Under the pieces are notes generated by a model. That model saw only the letters and a program-made list of their open reading frames with translations, was not told the DNA's origin and made no database searches. A stretch of 64,000 bases of DNA. Source: Asterias rubens. Its lineage: Eukaryota. Position numbers and translations under genes: made by a program. The stretch's first letter is position 1; each line of letters opens with the position of its first letter. The stretch lies in NCBI RefSeq assembly GCF_902459465.1, contig NC_047070.1, positions 16,368,001 to 16,432,000 on the forward strand, written 5' to 3'. Positions 1 through 11,755 of the stretch are shown here, piece after piece.

Positions 1-2656
1 AGGAAATGAAGCATCTCTATTGATCGACCATGTATGGTCCTTATTAGTGGGTCCTACTAAAAGCCGACAACACCGACAACAAGTCCAGAGCGCCGCCAAC
101 AAGTTTTAAATACCTCAAAAATGGCAAATAAACCATAGATATATTAGAACTATGTGTTTTCTGTAATATAAACATAAATTTAATGGAACAAAATTTACGA
201 AAAGTGTGAATTTTTAACCAGAAAAAACCCTCAACTTTCACGGAAAACGGTCGGACGCCATCTTGGCTTAAAACAGCTCAAATGAGATAATTAGAAAACA
301 TACTTGATGAACTACAAACAGATACTGCACCGTCCGACTCAGAGGCGCACCCCCGAAGGAGACATACCACGAGTCAACGTTGAATGTGTCTTAAAGGCAC
401 TGGATACTATTGGTAATGACTCACAATGATTATTAGCATAAAACATTACTTGGTAACAAGCAATGGAGAGCTATTGGTAGTATAAAACATAGTGAGAAAA
501 GGCTCCCTCTGAAGTGACGTAGGTTTTGAGAAAGAAGTAATTTCTCACTAATTCTGAGGTCTCGAAATCAAATTCGTGGAAATACTTCTTTCTCGAAAAC
601 TACGCCACTTTAAAGGGAGCCGTTTCTCACAATGGTTTATACTATCAACCTGTCCCCCTTACTCGTTACCAAGTAAGGTTTATGTTAACATTTATTTTGT
701 CCACAGCCTTTGAACTAAACATGTGTGCCGCCATCACATGTGCCGCCAATGCTACTGCACTTTGATTCTGCAATGCCCATGCGTTGCTTAGCTACCTGTG
801 AATTCTTCCGTCTCCATTGTTCATTAATTTATATGGTCACAGGTAAAAGCTTATTCAACCATTCGTAGTTATCAGAAACCTTTTTTGGGATGCCGTAATA
901 TTCCATAACGGAATTTTATGATGAGATGGGCTCCCTGCTTCAGTTTTGTTTTCCCCTCGGGAAAACTTGGTCTGATATAATTGTCTTCTAAACAAATAGC
1001 TTTGTGGTTTTAACGCAATTTGTGATAACGGAAATGGCATTGCTTGTTTTACATGATTTCTCCGAAATTTGACCCGAAGTATTATTCAATTTTAAACAGC
1101 TATATTTATATTCTAAGAAAAATATCATACAGGTTTGATAAAATTAAGGTATAAAGCATAAAATAAATGTATATAAGGCACTGGATATTATTGGTAATAC
1201 TGCTCAAAATAATGTATAGCATAAATACTGGACACGATACATGTGTATTGGTAATTTTCAAAAGACCAGTCTTCTCACTTGGTGTATCTCAACATGTGCA
1301 CACAATAACAAACCTGTGAAAATTTGAGCTAAATAAATTGGAGATTGGTCGTCGAATGTGCGAGATAATAATGAAAGAAAAAACACCATTGTCACACGAA
1401 GTTGTGTGCTTTATTTCAAGACCTAGAGATCTAATTCTGAGGTCTCGAAATCAAATTCGTGGAAAACTATTTCTTTCTCGAAAACTACTTCAGAGGAAGC
1501 CGTTTCTCACAATGTTTATACTAACAGCTCCTCATTATTCGTTTCCAAGTACGTTTTATGCTAATAATTAGTTTGAGTAACTACCAATAGTGTACACTGC
1601 CTTTAATTCACATTTTAGCCCGAATCTCTGATCTCTATTATACTGTCAGGGTTTATGCAGGAGCAACATGGACAAGAGCTGCAAGACATAGACACCTAAG
1701 ACGTCGACATACATGAGGAGGGCTACATCCTACACTGGATGAACACAGCCAACAATGATGAGTTCCCATCCTGTGCCTTTGGTGCTAGTCTTTGATTGTG
1801 ATGTCATTCAATAAAAGAATGGCTCTGCATGGGTGGGTCTCAGGCCATTAACTATTTTAAGCATAGCCCTCTAAACACATGCAAAGTAGGACATTTCATC
1901 GACCTTCTTATTGACTACGATTCAATCAAAATCTATTCAATTCAGTGCATCAATGGTTCACCCAGACCATTGCACAATGGTAGAAGGATAGTGTGGGAAG
2001 GAAAAGAAAACACTGTTTGCCCCGTTAGAGTTTCTTCCCATGAAGAAGTTGCCAGAACTGTACAAGCCTGTTCGAAGATTGTAAGTATAATCATACACGT
2101 AAACGGGGGAAATGCTGCTTGAATATCACAAGGGTATAGGATGCTGCCTAATCGGACAGTCGTTCTTTTGATTCAGCTGCATTTTTTTATGGTAAAGTTT
2201 GCAACCTAACATTCGTAAATTACACTCAAGATGGTTTATTAAAGTCTCAGATCAACAAATTCACTTTCAAGAAAGCATTAAGTGATGTATAATCTGCTTG
2301 TAATAACCTATCATCTGTTTTCATTCTGTCTTGTATATAATATGTAATTACCCTTTTGACTATGTTGCTCCATGGTGTATGCATGTAAATTTAGACGTTG
2401 TCTGCTCTCAAGTACTTATTACTCCGGCCCACAGATTTATTATTTTATGTATTGGATACACCAAGTGAGAATACTGGTCTTTGGCAATTACCAAAGGTGT
2501 CCAGTGCCGGCCTTCAAGCGTAAACGGGTTTGAAATCTCGCTACAAGCAGACTGGTTTATAGACTGAATTGACTCCTGGCGCAAGGACATTTGTTTGCTT
2601 GCACATGATGTGCCTCGTATTTATAAGCCTATACTGAAGATAGTTTGTTTTAATAA

Positions 2657-2856
2657 GCCCCTTTCACACGAGGGCAATTTAGCAAGGTTCCCTTGCTAAA
2701 TTGTAGCATGGTTGTAAAATTGTATGAAATGTACCTGTGTGTGAAATGGCAACAATGTTTGTCTACTGTCCAAGTTCTCTTATCAAACATTGCTACTTTT
2801 TACAGCCATGGTTAAATTGCGCAAGGGACCCCAGTCAAGTTGCTGCCGTGTGAATA
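2657..2856. mobile_element. MITE with TTCACACG termini
   Basis: ttcacacgagggcaattt...ccttgctaaatt / aaattgcgcaagg...ttgctgccgtgtgaa. Confidence 0.55.
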
Positions 2857-2884
2857 ACACACTACTGTCTCTTTGAATTTGGAA

Positions 2885-2950
2885 GTGTCGTGGTCGAGCG
2901 GTAAAAAACACCGAATTCAAACTCTAGTGTTTCTCATCAGCAGAGTGTGA
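2885..2950 (+). mobile_element. SINE head of the same family, cut by the assembly gap
   Basis: gtgtcgtggtcgagcggtaa...caccgaattcaaactctagtgtt aligns with 62366 onward. Confidence 0.65.
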
Positions 2951-3248
2951 NNNNNNNNNNNNNNNNNNNNNNNNNNNNNNNNNNNNNNNNNNNNNNNNNN
3001 NNNNNNNNNNNNNNNNNNNNNNNNNNNNNNNNNNNNNNNNNNNNNNNNNNNNNNNNNNNNNNNNNNNNNNNNNNNNNNNNNNNNNNNNNNNNNNNNNNNN
3101 NNNNNNNNNNNNNNNNNNNNNNNNNNNNNNNNNNNNNNNNNNNNNNNNNNNNNNNNNNNNNNNNNNNNNNNNNNNNNNNNNNNNNNNNNNNNNNNNNNNN
3201 NNNNNNNNNNNNNNNNNNNNNNNNNNNNNNNNNNNNNNNNNNNNNNNN
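2951..3248. other. Assembly gap (298 N)
   Basis: Run of N; it hides the 5' region of gene 1. Confidence 1.
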
Positions 3249-3372
3249 ATGCTTGTTGGACACCCGGAGTGTGGCTGTGATGAACCTAGATTTAGTCTAG
3301 ACTGAAATCAAAACAACACGGGACGTTTCGGTTGGTCTAATATTCAAACCTTGCTAAGTTGGAGTCTACAAT

Positions 3373-5310
3373 ATGAGTTTCACCCGGCGACTAAAACTTT
3401 CGCTAGTCATCCTCACTATTCTCACCATTCTTTGGTACATGTTATTTGGAATGGCCCCATCAGCGAAAGTCTTTGCCAACTCGTTTTTGGGAGCTGGTCA
3501 TAGTGATCATTCAAATATGCGAGAAGTGCTGTCACTAGAGTCAGGAATAAAACCGACCGTAGTCACTGATTCGTGGGTTAAGACAGAGGAAAACACGGCA
3601 TCTTTAAAGACGATGTTAGCCTTCCACCAACATCCAGAACGTTCCCATATGAACAGTTCCGTCATTAGTGGTGTAGTTGTTTTAGTCTCATCTATGCCAC
3701 AAAACACACAACTCCGCAATGTGATAAGAAGCACATGGGCAGATGCGAAGACTTCCCAAAGATTGGGACTAACAGTTGTTTTCACTATGGGTTCACCTAA
3801 AGAAGAAATCAGCGGGCTGACCGACGAGAGTAGTACTTACAATGACATACTAATAGGTAACTTTACTGACGAGGTTCGGGCGTCTACTTTGAAACTTCTT
3901 CTTGGGTTGACGTGGGTGGCGCAGAAGTACCCGGATGCAAAGTTTGTTTTGCTTGTTGATGACCACACATTCGTGAATACTGAAAGGTTGTTGGGGTATT
4001 TGAAATCTTTGAAAGGCGAGGAGCTGGTGAGGGCGTGGCACGGGAGGCGATCGTCTGCAACGATACCAGTACGAGACCCCAAAAGCGTTTGCTACGTGTC
4101 AAAGGAACTCTACCCTAGAAAGGCTTTCCCTGAGTATTGTACATCAGAAGCTGGTTTCATTCTCACCATGGACGCCGTGGATCTCATCTTAGAACATTCA
4201 CGTCACACACCCCTAGTAACCCTTGATGACGTCTTTGTGTCAATCATTGCTGAGAAGCTTTCCTTCAGACTCTTTGACAATCATGCTTTTACTTTGACCA
4301 AAGTAAGTCAAGACGGATGCTCGTTGGAGAGTGTTTTAACTGCCAGAATGTCCATTGAAAATGCCACAGACTTATTGGTGATTTGGAACCACGTTAAGAG
4401 TGGGAGTTGTAGCAGGCCAGACTGGTTCCCAGGAGATGGAACCAACGACAGATATTTCAAGCAGTGCCTCAAAACGGTGATAACACACGGTGATATTTGT
4501 TTTGAAAGAACAGGGGAGAAAAAAGATGTATTCCTGCTATTGCTTGTCAGCTCCTTACCGAGTCACTTCGAGCGCAGGCAGGCCATTCGGGAGACATGGG
4601 GAAAGCAGAGGGTGTTCTTCGGGAAACAAACCGTCTTGCTCTTCACACTTGCTACAGAGACAAAGAACACGGCCGAGATACAAAAGAAAGTCAACGAAGA
4701 GAACGAAAGACACGGAGACATCATCCAAGCAGAATTCAGAGAGTCCTTCCACAACCTCACCTTGAAAGTGGTCTTCGGATTGAAATGGGTGACCGAAAAC
4801 TGCCCTCACACAAAGTACTACTACAAAGGAGACGACGACATGTTTGTGAATATGAAAAACATTATAACATTGCTGAACAAGACCAGTGAGTCGAACAAGA
4901 GGAGATTGTTTGTGGGCAATAGAATGTTAAGAAGTCGTCCAGTAACTATAAAAAAGAGCAAGTATTATGTCCCCAAAACCCAGTTTAATGAGGCATATTA
5001 TCCGCCATATTGCTCAGGTGGTGGTTACGTCATTTCAGGGAACCTCATTCCGGAGATGTTTAAAGCGTCTCGATGGATTCATGTTATACCAATCGACGAC
5101 GCATATCAAGGCATGCTGGCCAAAAAGGTAGGCTTGCGGGTGACTCATAACAAACAGTTTCTTGTGTTACCGAGAAAAGGCAAGAAAACAAGTCCAAGCA
5201 AATGCTCTCTAGAGCAGTGCGTGGTGAAGCATTACAAACACTTACGCTCATCTGTGGACCTTCGTACAGCATGGAGTATATACACCAATGACTCTATTCC
5301 ATGCATTTAG
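3373..5310 (+). CDS. GT31 beta-1,3-galactosyltransferase 1-like protein with two tandem Galactosyl_T domains (cluster gene 1, 645 aa)
   Basis: Single-exon ORF with an N-terminal type II TM (LSLVILTILTILWYMLFGM). Two GT31 repeats: RNVIRSTW...VDDHTFVN...FPEYC...DDVFV and RQAIRETW...HGDIIQAEFRESFHNLTLK...KGDDDMFVN...YPPYCSGGGY...DDAYQG. Family is clear; one-to-one orthology is not. Confidence 0.93.
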   Translation: MSFTRRLKLSLVILTILTILWYMLFGMAPSAKVFANSFLGAGHSDHSNMREVLSLESGIKPTVVTDSWVKTEENTASLKTMLAFHQHPERSHMNSSVISGVVVLVSSMPQNTQLRNVIRSTWADAKTSQRLGLTVVFTMGSPKEEISGLTDESSTYNDILIGNFTDEVRASTLKLLLGLTWVAQKYPDAKFVLLVDDHTFVNTERLLGYLKSLKGEELVRAWHGRRSSATIPVRDPKSVCYVSKELYPRKAFPEYCTSEAGFILTMDAVDLILEHSRHTPLVTLDDVFVSIIAEKLSFRLFDNHAFTLTKVSQDGCSLESVLTARMSIENATDLLVIWNHVKSGSCSRPDWFPGDGTNDRYFKQCLKTVITHGDICFERTGEKKDVFLLLLVSSLPSHFERRQAIRETWGKQRVFFGKQTVLLFTLATETKNTAEIQKKVNEENERHGDIIQAEFRESFHNLTLKVVFGLKWVTENCPHTKYYYKGDDDMFVNMKNIITLLNKTSESNKRRLFVGNRMLRSRPVTIKKSKYYVPKTQFNEAYYPPYCSGGGYVISGNLIPEMFKASRWIHVIPIDDAYQGMLAKKVGLRVTHNKQFLVLPRKGKKTSPSKCSLEQCVVKHYKHLRSSVDLRTAWSIYTNDSIPCI

Positions 5311-5812
5311 TGCAAACTGTTACAAATACCATACAACTGCTTTTAAAGCTAACTTTGTATCCTGCTGGAGAGATTTTCTAATCAACATCTTTAGCTTCTG
5401 ACCCCTTCTTTGACATTGTACATTGTTCGTGCATTGTTTAAATCACTTCCGGGAAGTGTTTGCCTTGCACTTCCATTAATGTGTTGACTACAGTTACATG
5501 CATGCATCAGTCATCCTGAAAAGAAAGGAAGAAACTTTTTAGAGACCAATGCTAAGCACAATTGAAGGTGTTAATTGAGCAACGCAATGCTTATATTAAG
5601 AATCAATGGTTTGAGGTAATTTTTAATAAATTTTATAGGGTGTAGTTTTTATGCTTTTTAAAATTAAAATAGTGAACAAATTTTTAGAATTTTTTTAACT
5701 CAAAATACATGTGTTGTTTAAAGTTTCACCTTTTAATATTTATTATATTTACATTAATTGTATCCATATTACTCTGTATTATACACTATTCGCAACATTG
5801 AATAAAAAACAA

Positions 5813-5967
5813 ATAATGAATGTTTTTCATTCGTGCAATGGTGCGAATATGTTCATTCGTTGAAAGCTGGAATGTTCCATTCAACTCGGCTCCGCCTCGT
5901 TGAATAGAACATTCCATTTTCAACTCATGAACATATTCGCACCATTGCACTCATAAACATTCATTAT
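5813..5967. mobile_element. 155-bp hairpin MITE
   Basis: Whole element is an imperfect palindrome (ataatgaatgttt...aaacattcattat); absent from the homologous site at ~18440. Confidence 0.75.
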
Positions 5968-5972
5968 GTGTA

Positions 5973-6003
<31 letters not shown>

Positions 6004-6017
6004 AATCAAAATGCCTG

Positions 6018-6290
6018 CCAAATCGACGACGCTTATCAAGGCTTGATGGCCAAAAAGATAGGCTTGCGGGTGACTCATAACACATGGTTTTGTGTGTTTG
6101 GGAGAAAAGACAATTTAGGCCCCAAATCATATAAAAGTAGGCAAGACGAATTGAGAAAGATTTAAACTAAATAGTATCTAGAACAGTGTGGTGGCGCATT
6201 CTGTGGACTTTTTACACACAGCATGGAGTACATACACCAATGGTTCTATTCCATGCATTATGTCAATCGCTTCAAGTACAACTGCTTATT
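6018..6290 (+). pseudogene. Degraded partial duplicate of the gene 1 3' end
   Basis: Encodes QIDDAYQGLMAKKIGLRVTHN, then a decayed copy of the gene 1 last codons and 3'UTR (cagcatggagtacatacaccaatggttctattccatgcatt). Confidence 0.85.
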
Positions 6291-6291
6291 A

Positions 6292-6668
6292 AGGCAGTGG
6301 ACACTATTGGTAATTACTCAAAATAGTTATTAGCATAAAACTTCACTTGGTAATGAGTAATGGGGAGAGGTTGATAGTATAAAACATTGTGAGAAACGCT
6401 CCCTCTGAAGTGACGTAGTTTTCGAGAAAGAAGTAATTTTCCACGAATTTGATTTCGAGACCTCAAGTTTAGAAATTGAGGTCTCGAAATCAACCATCTA
6501 AACGCACACAACTTCGTGTGACAAGGGTGTTTTTTCTTTCATTAATATCTCGCAACTTCGACGACCAATTGAGTTCAAATTTTCACAGGTTTGTTTTTGT
6601 ATGCATATGATAAGATACACCAACTGAGAAGATTGATCTTTGTCAATTACCAATAGTGTCTTCTGCCT
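6292..6668. mobile_element. Kolobok-type MITE (family A), full length
   Basis: TIR aggcagtggacactattggtaatt / aattaccaatagtgtc..ctgcct, TTAA flanks, 5'-AG terminus. TTAA plus RR termini is the Kolobok signature. Confidence 0.75.
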
Positions 6669-7963
6669 TTAACACATTTGTTTACTGTCCAACTCTTGTT
6701 TAGTTTAATACCAGACTTGTTGTTAATTTAAGGAAGCCATTTGGGGTGGTTTTCCCCCCATCGGCGAGTCAGCCAGGTGCGATGGACGATGAAAGCAACC
6801 TACTCCCTTCCATTAAAATTGAATTATTGTTTTTAGAATTCTATTAAATGAACGTTGTGTATGGAATCATTGACCTCAAGTAGACCGTTTACAATAAAAA
6901 TTGCGCTTGTAAAAACTATTGCAGTTGGTGTATCTCAACATGCATACAATAAGATCCCCTGTGAACATTTAAGCTCAATTGGTTGTCGAAGTTGCGAGAT
7001 AACACGAAGTTGTGTGCTTTTAGATTGTTGATTTCGAGACCTCAAATTCTAAATCTGAGGTCTCGAAATCAATATCGTGGAAAATTACTTCTTTCTTGAA
7101 AACTATGTCACTTCAGAGGGAGCCGTTTCTCACAATGTTTTATACCATCAACATCTCCCATTACTCGTCACCAAGTAAGGTTTTAAGCTTACAATTATTT
7201 TGAGTAATTACCAGTAGTGTCCACTGCCTTTAAGTTAACTTTATTAAGTTCTTGTCAGTCGATTGTAGCGTCTGTTTCGTATTGTATGTTGTTTTGTGTA
7301 TACAGAAGCAAGTTGGGTGAGCGACTAGCCTTGGTCCTAAAACGCTTTACGAATCACTTAATTAATATTTTTTTTATATATTTATACTTTTTGGCAAACT
7401 GTCTCTGCAACATCTGGAAACGTTGGGCGCGGCATTGCTCAGGTCGTTAAGGCACTGGACACCTTTATTTATTGTCAAAGACCAGTCGTCTCACTTGGTG
7501 TTATTTCAAAATATGCATGAAATAACAAATCTGTGAAAATTTGGGCTCAATTGGTCATCGAAGTTGCAAGAGAATAATGACACAAAAGACACCTCTGTCG
7601 CACAACTTTGCGTGCTTTCAAATGTATAATATTGCTCGTTACCAAATAAATTTGTATGATAAAAACTATTTTGAGTAATTACCCAATAGGGTCCAGTGCC
7701 TTTAAAGAAAGGTAAACGGTCGATGTTAAGGCAAACTTAAAAAGGCTTAAAAGGCTAATTCCAATTACTAGAAACACTCTAGAGGGCGTATAGATTGTTT
7801 TCTTACATTTTATAAGTACTTTTTTTATATTTTTTTTAATAAAAAATATGCGTATATATTTTTTTTAAATCTTGCACTCGTTTTGTTTGATTGCGTTTGT
7901 AAATGTTAAAATGGTTACTGTGGGGCTCCAAAGTATCTGTTGGGTATATATATACTCATTATT

Positions 7964-8942
7964 AGCTCTGAAGAAGGTCCGGAATGGATCGAAAGCTAAG
8001 GCCATCTACCCTATTCATTATATATACTCATTATTATACATGTATATACTTGTAATGAGATCGTATATCATTAAGTGCCACTTATAGCTGCAGCTGTTGA
8101 CCACTTTGATTTGGTATTACCATGAAATGAGTACAAAAGTCAATTCAAATCTTTATGCAAATGTTTTAGTTACGCAAAGTTATTAACGTAATTTTTTGAT
8201 AATTTATTTTAAAATGGAGAGCACAAGGCCAATATTCGGCAGCTGTAAGAGTTATTCACGGAATTAATCACTGCTTTTAATTTTGTAATTTGTTTTGGTT
8301 CTTACTACACTGAGGACATTATTTATTCAAACTTAAAACAACTACCCACTTTACAAACATGCTGAAAAAGCCAATTCAGAAAAACAAAATCCCTGATTTG
8401 TATTTATATTCAACTACGAGGGGCCATCATCTTTTTGTATTAACACCGAAAGAAGCTCTGAAGAAGGTCCGGATTGGATCGAAAGCTAAGGCCATCTACC
8501 CTATTCATTATATATACTCATTATTATACATGTATATACTTGTAATGAGATCGTATATCATTAAGTGCCACTTATAGCTGCAGCTGTTGACCACTTTGAT
8601 TTGGTATTACCATGAAATGAGTACAAAAGTCAATTCAAATCTTTATGCAAATGTTTTAGTTACGCAAAGTTATTAACGTAATTTTTTGATAATTTATTTT
8701 AAAATGGAGAGCACAAGGCCAATATTCGGCAGCTGTAAGAGTTATTCACGGAATTAATCACTGCTTTTAATTTTGTAATTTTTTTTGGTTCTTACTACAC
8801 TGAGGACATTATTTATTCAAACTTAAAACAACTACCCACTTTACAAACATGCTGAAAAAGCCAAATCAGAAAAACAAAATCCCTGATTTGTATTTATATT
8901 CAACTACGAGGGGCCATCATCTTTTTGTGTTAACACCGAAAG
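7964..8942. repeat. Direct tandem duplication, 2 x ~489 bp
   Basis: Copies at 7964-8452 and 8454-8942; about four substitutions seen by eye. Confidence 0.92.
7965..8018 (+). mobile_element. 54-bp hammerhead-containing insertion with 18-bp target-site duplication
   Basis: Same sequence as 18015-18067 (reverse complement), flanked by tatatatactcattatta at 7947-7964 and 8019-8036. Confidence 0.65.
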
Positions 8943-11755
8943 GTCGGCCCCTGGAAAGGGTACGTCTTAAGACTACTATTGCATTGTACACACAAAATTC
9001 CCACACTCGCAAACTCGTAGTTGTATTAAGTGTGAAAACGTTCGAACCCCCATTCTATTTTGTTGCATTCCTGTGGAGACATCTTTTGTTCTTTCCATTG
9101 TCCATGGAGTTAAGAAACTCCCAGAGACTTTGTACGCCAAATTCATTGTGGAGCACCCACGTCTTAAGAATTCTCCTGTATAGAGACCCTCTTGGGTTCC
9201 AATTTCTCATGTGTTATTGGTCTCCATAAGGTAGTACATGAAATCACCTTTTCCCGTTCACACCCGGTTGTTTTTTATTTAAAAAGTGTTTCTTTAGAAC
9301 AATGAAGGCCGGAAGAAAACTATCCTGTCAGAAACACAACAACAAAGACGAAACAGCACCATTCCAGCCAGTCTTCAGAAAAAAACGTGAGTACATACTG
9401 TTTGTAAGTTCGAATATGAACACGTTTTGAATGCATGCAGTGACTGATTTTGAGTCTATGCAAACTCAGGCTAGCATAAAGGCACATATAGGGTTGGTGC
9501 AAGATCTGCTGTAAACATGTACTTGAACTCGACAGAATGTCTACTTATTTTTCCTTTCCTTATTTTTCCTTTTCGCAAACGCGCTGACAGTGAGGCCGCA
9601 TTTCACAGGGAGGAAGGAAGCAAGGACCTGTTCCTCAAATTGCAAGTTTATTTTGTAAAGTTTCCTGAGGGTATGGTCTCGAGAGCACTTCACTGCAGAG
9701 TCTTTTTTGCACTGTATTAAATTATTTGCTGAATAGGTTAAGTTATGACCTCCTTGCTAATGCAATGGACAATGTACACCACAATGACACGCATAACATA
9801 AAGCCAGTCGTGTATACACTTTGCATAAAATAAAAAAAACTGAATGAAATATGTACCTCAATAACAATACTGAAAGACAAGGCTCTGAAGTACCTACAAA
9901 TTCACATCAAAAGAAACCCTTATAGGATTGTGTACCATTGTTTTTAAGGCCAAATAATAAAACATGTCCCGTCCCTCATCTTTCTTTAAGGCCGCATATT
10001 CTCGTTGTTGTTGTTTTTATTTAATGATTATTTTCAAAAGGGAAATTGTTTAGGTGCATTACACTTACTAATCTTTTAAAAACTTGTACTACTATAAAGT
10101 AAGTATTTACTGGAGATTTGATGACCAATTTGAATTAAAATGATTGGCGGCCACCTTTACTAGAAAAATAGGAGAAGAAAAAAAACGAAAAAACTGGATG
10201 ACCTTAATGGCTGTGCGTAGGTGCTTTAAATTGGTTGTGCAATTTAATGAGTGACATAAAAATTGAAAGAATAGGCCTACATTTATATAAAGCCATACCA
10301 TAAAAACCCGACAACAAGAGGAGAGCAAAACGTATAATCAATAAAATAACACATAAAATAACATTACAATTTAAGAGGTTCACGATTCTACGTCATAGAT
10401 ATTTTAAATTAAAATTTGTGATTTTAAAACTAACACATTAATTAATTAACTGGGGTCAATCAAAAGCTATTTGATTGAGTTTAAAGGTGCTCATTTCAAG
10501 AGATGTTTCTCTGTGTGAATGCAAACTCGGAAGGTCCCCCTTTTTACAGGCACTGGACACAATTGATAATTTCTCAAAATAATTGTTAGCATAACAACTT
10601 ACTTTGCAACGAGGAATAGAGAGCTGTTGATAGTATAAAACAGAAAAGGAAAACTATCCACTGACGTTGGATTGTTGTATCCACTGCTCAATTTAAAATA
10701 GGGAGTCTCATGGCAGGTCGAGTTATTGCACCTCAAAAATAAAAACACCCCTATACAAAACACACCGGTATAATAACATAAATGTCTGAGCAGCTAACTT
10801 GAAAGTAATGTCATTTTCTTTTAAAGGGCCTTTATCATCCAAAATACCTCAAGTTAAAACTATACAACCCTCAAGGCTATAATTAGGACTTTGTTAGCCT
10901 ATACCCTCTTTTACTTAGACTTGTAAACATGTCGTTATTTGTAGTCGTGGATTGTTCTTGAGGCGTGTGTGTCACGAAAAAGAATGACGCTACGCTAAAT
11001 TGAACAGAGTGCTTAAGGAATTTGACTCGACCCAAAACGAAATTGAATGGCTGAATTCTGAATTTGAAACGTAGTAACAACTGGAAAAGAAAAACAGCTT
11101 TAATTCGAACGCATGAAAATTAAATTGACTGCTCATTTGCCGAATTTGACCGAGAAAACCTATACGTTTTTTTATTTTGAGTGTCACTAAAACGAGGCTT
11201 AAAGCCATTATACACTTTCGGTAAACAGTATTGTCCAAGTCCCACACTTCGTGTATCACAACTTCTATATAAAATAACAAACCTGTGAAAATTTAGGCTC
11301 AATCGGTCATCGGAGTCGGGAGAAAATAACGGGAAAACCCACTCTGGTTTCCGCGCGTTTCGCCGTGTCATGACATGCGTTTAAAATAAATCCGTAATTC
11401 TCGCTATCGAGAATTTATATCGTTTTACCGTTTTCTCAAAAAGTAAAGCATTTCATGGACTAATATTTCAAGAGATGTCTTTCACCATTACCTTCTGTAA
11501 ACCTTGTAAATAATTTGTAAATCTGTGAACTTTTTTTTTCCGTACCAAAAGTGTATAATGGCTTTAAAGAAAGCAACATAATTTGACCCCCTATTCTTTC
11601 ACTATTTTCTTGCAACTTCGATGACCAATAAGTGCGTCCAAATTTGCACAATGATTTGTTATTTTTAGTGCACATGTTAGGAAACACCAAGTGGGAATAC
11701 TGATCTTTGACATTAACCAAAGGTGTCCAGTGCCTTCAAGTATAATATTTGGATG

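Larger units (their letters stand above)
4408..6928. repeat. Left arm of an inverted segmental duplication
   Basis: 4408-6110 matches the reverse complement of 18301-19840, and 6771-6928 matches that of 17755-17912. Confidence 0.9.

Noticed and set aside
2937-3300. ORFs spanning the N run
   Set aside because: Artefacts of the assembly gap.
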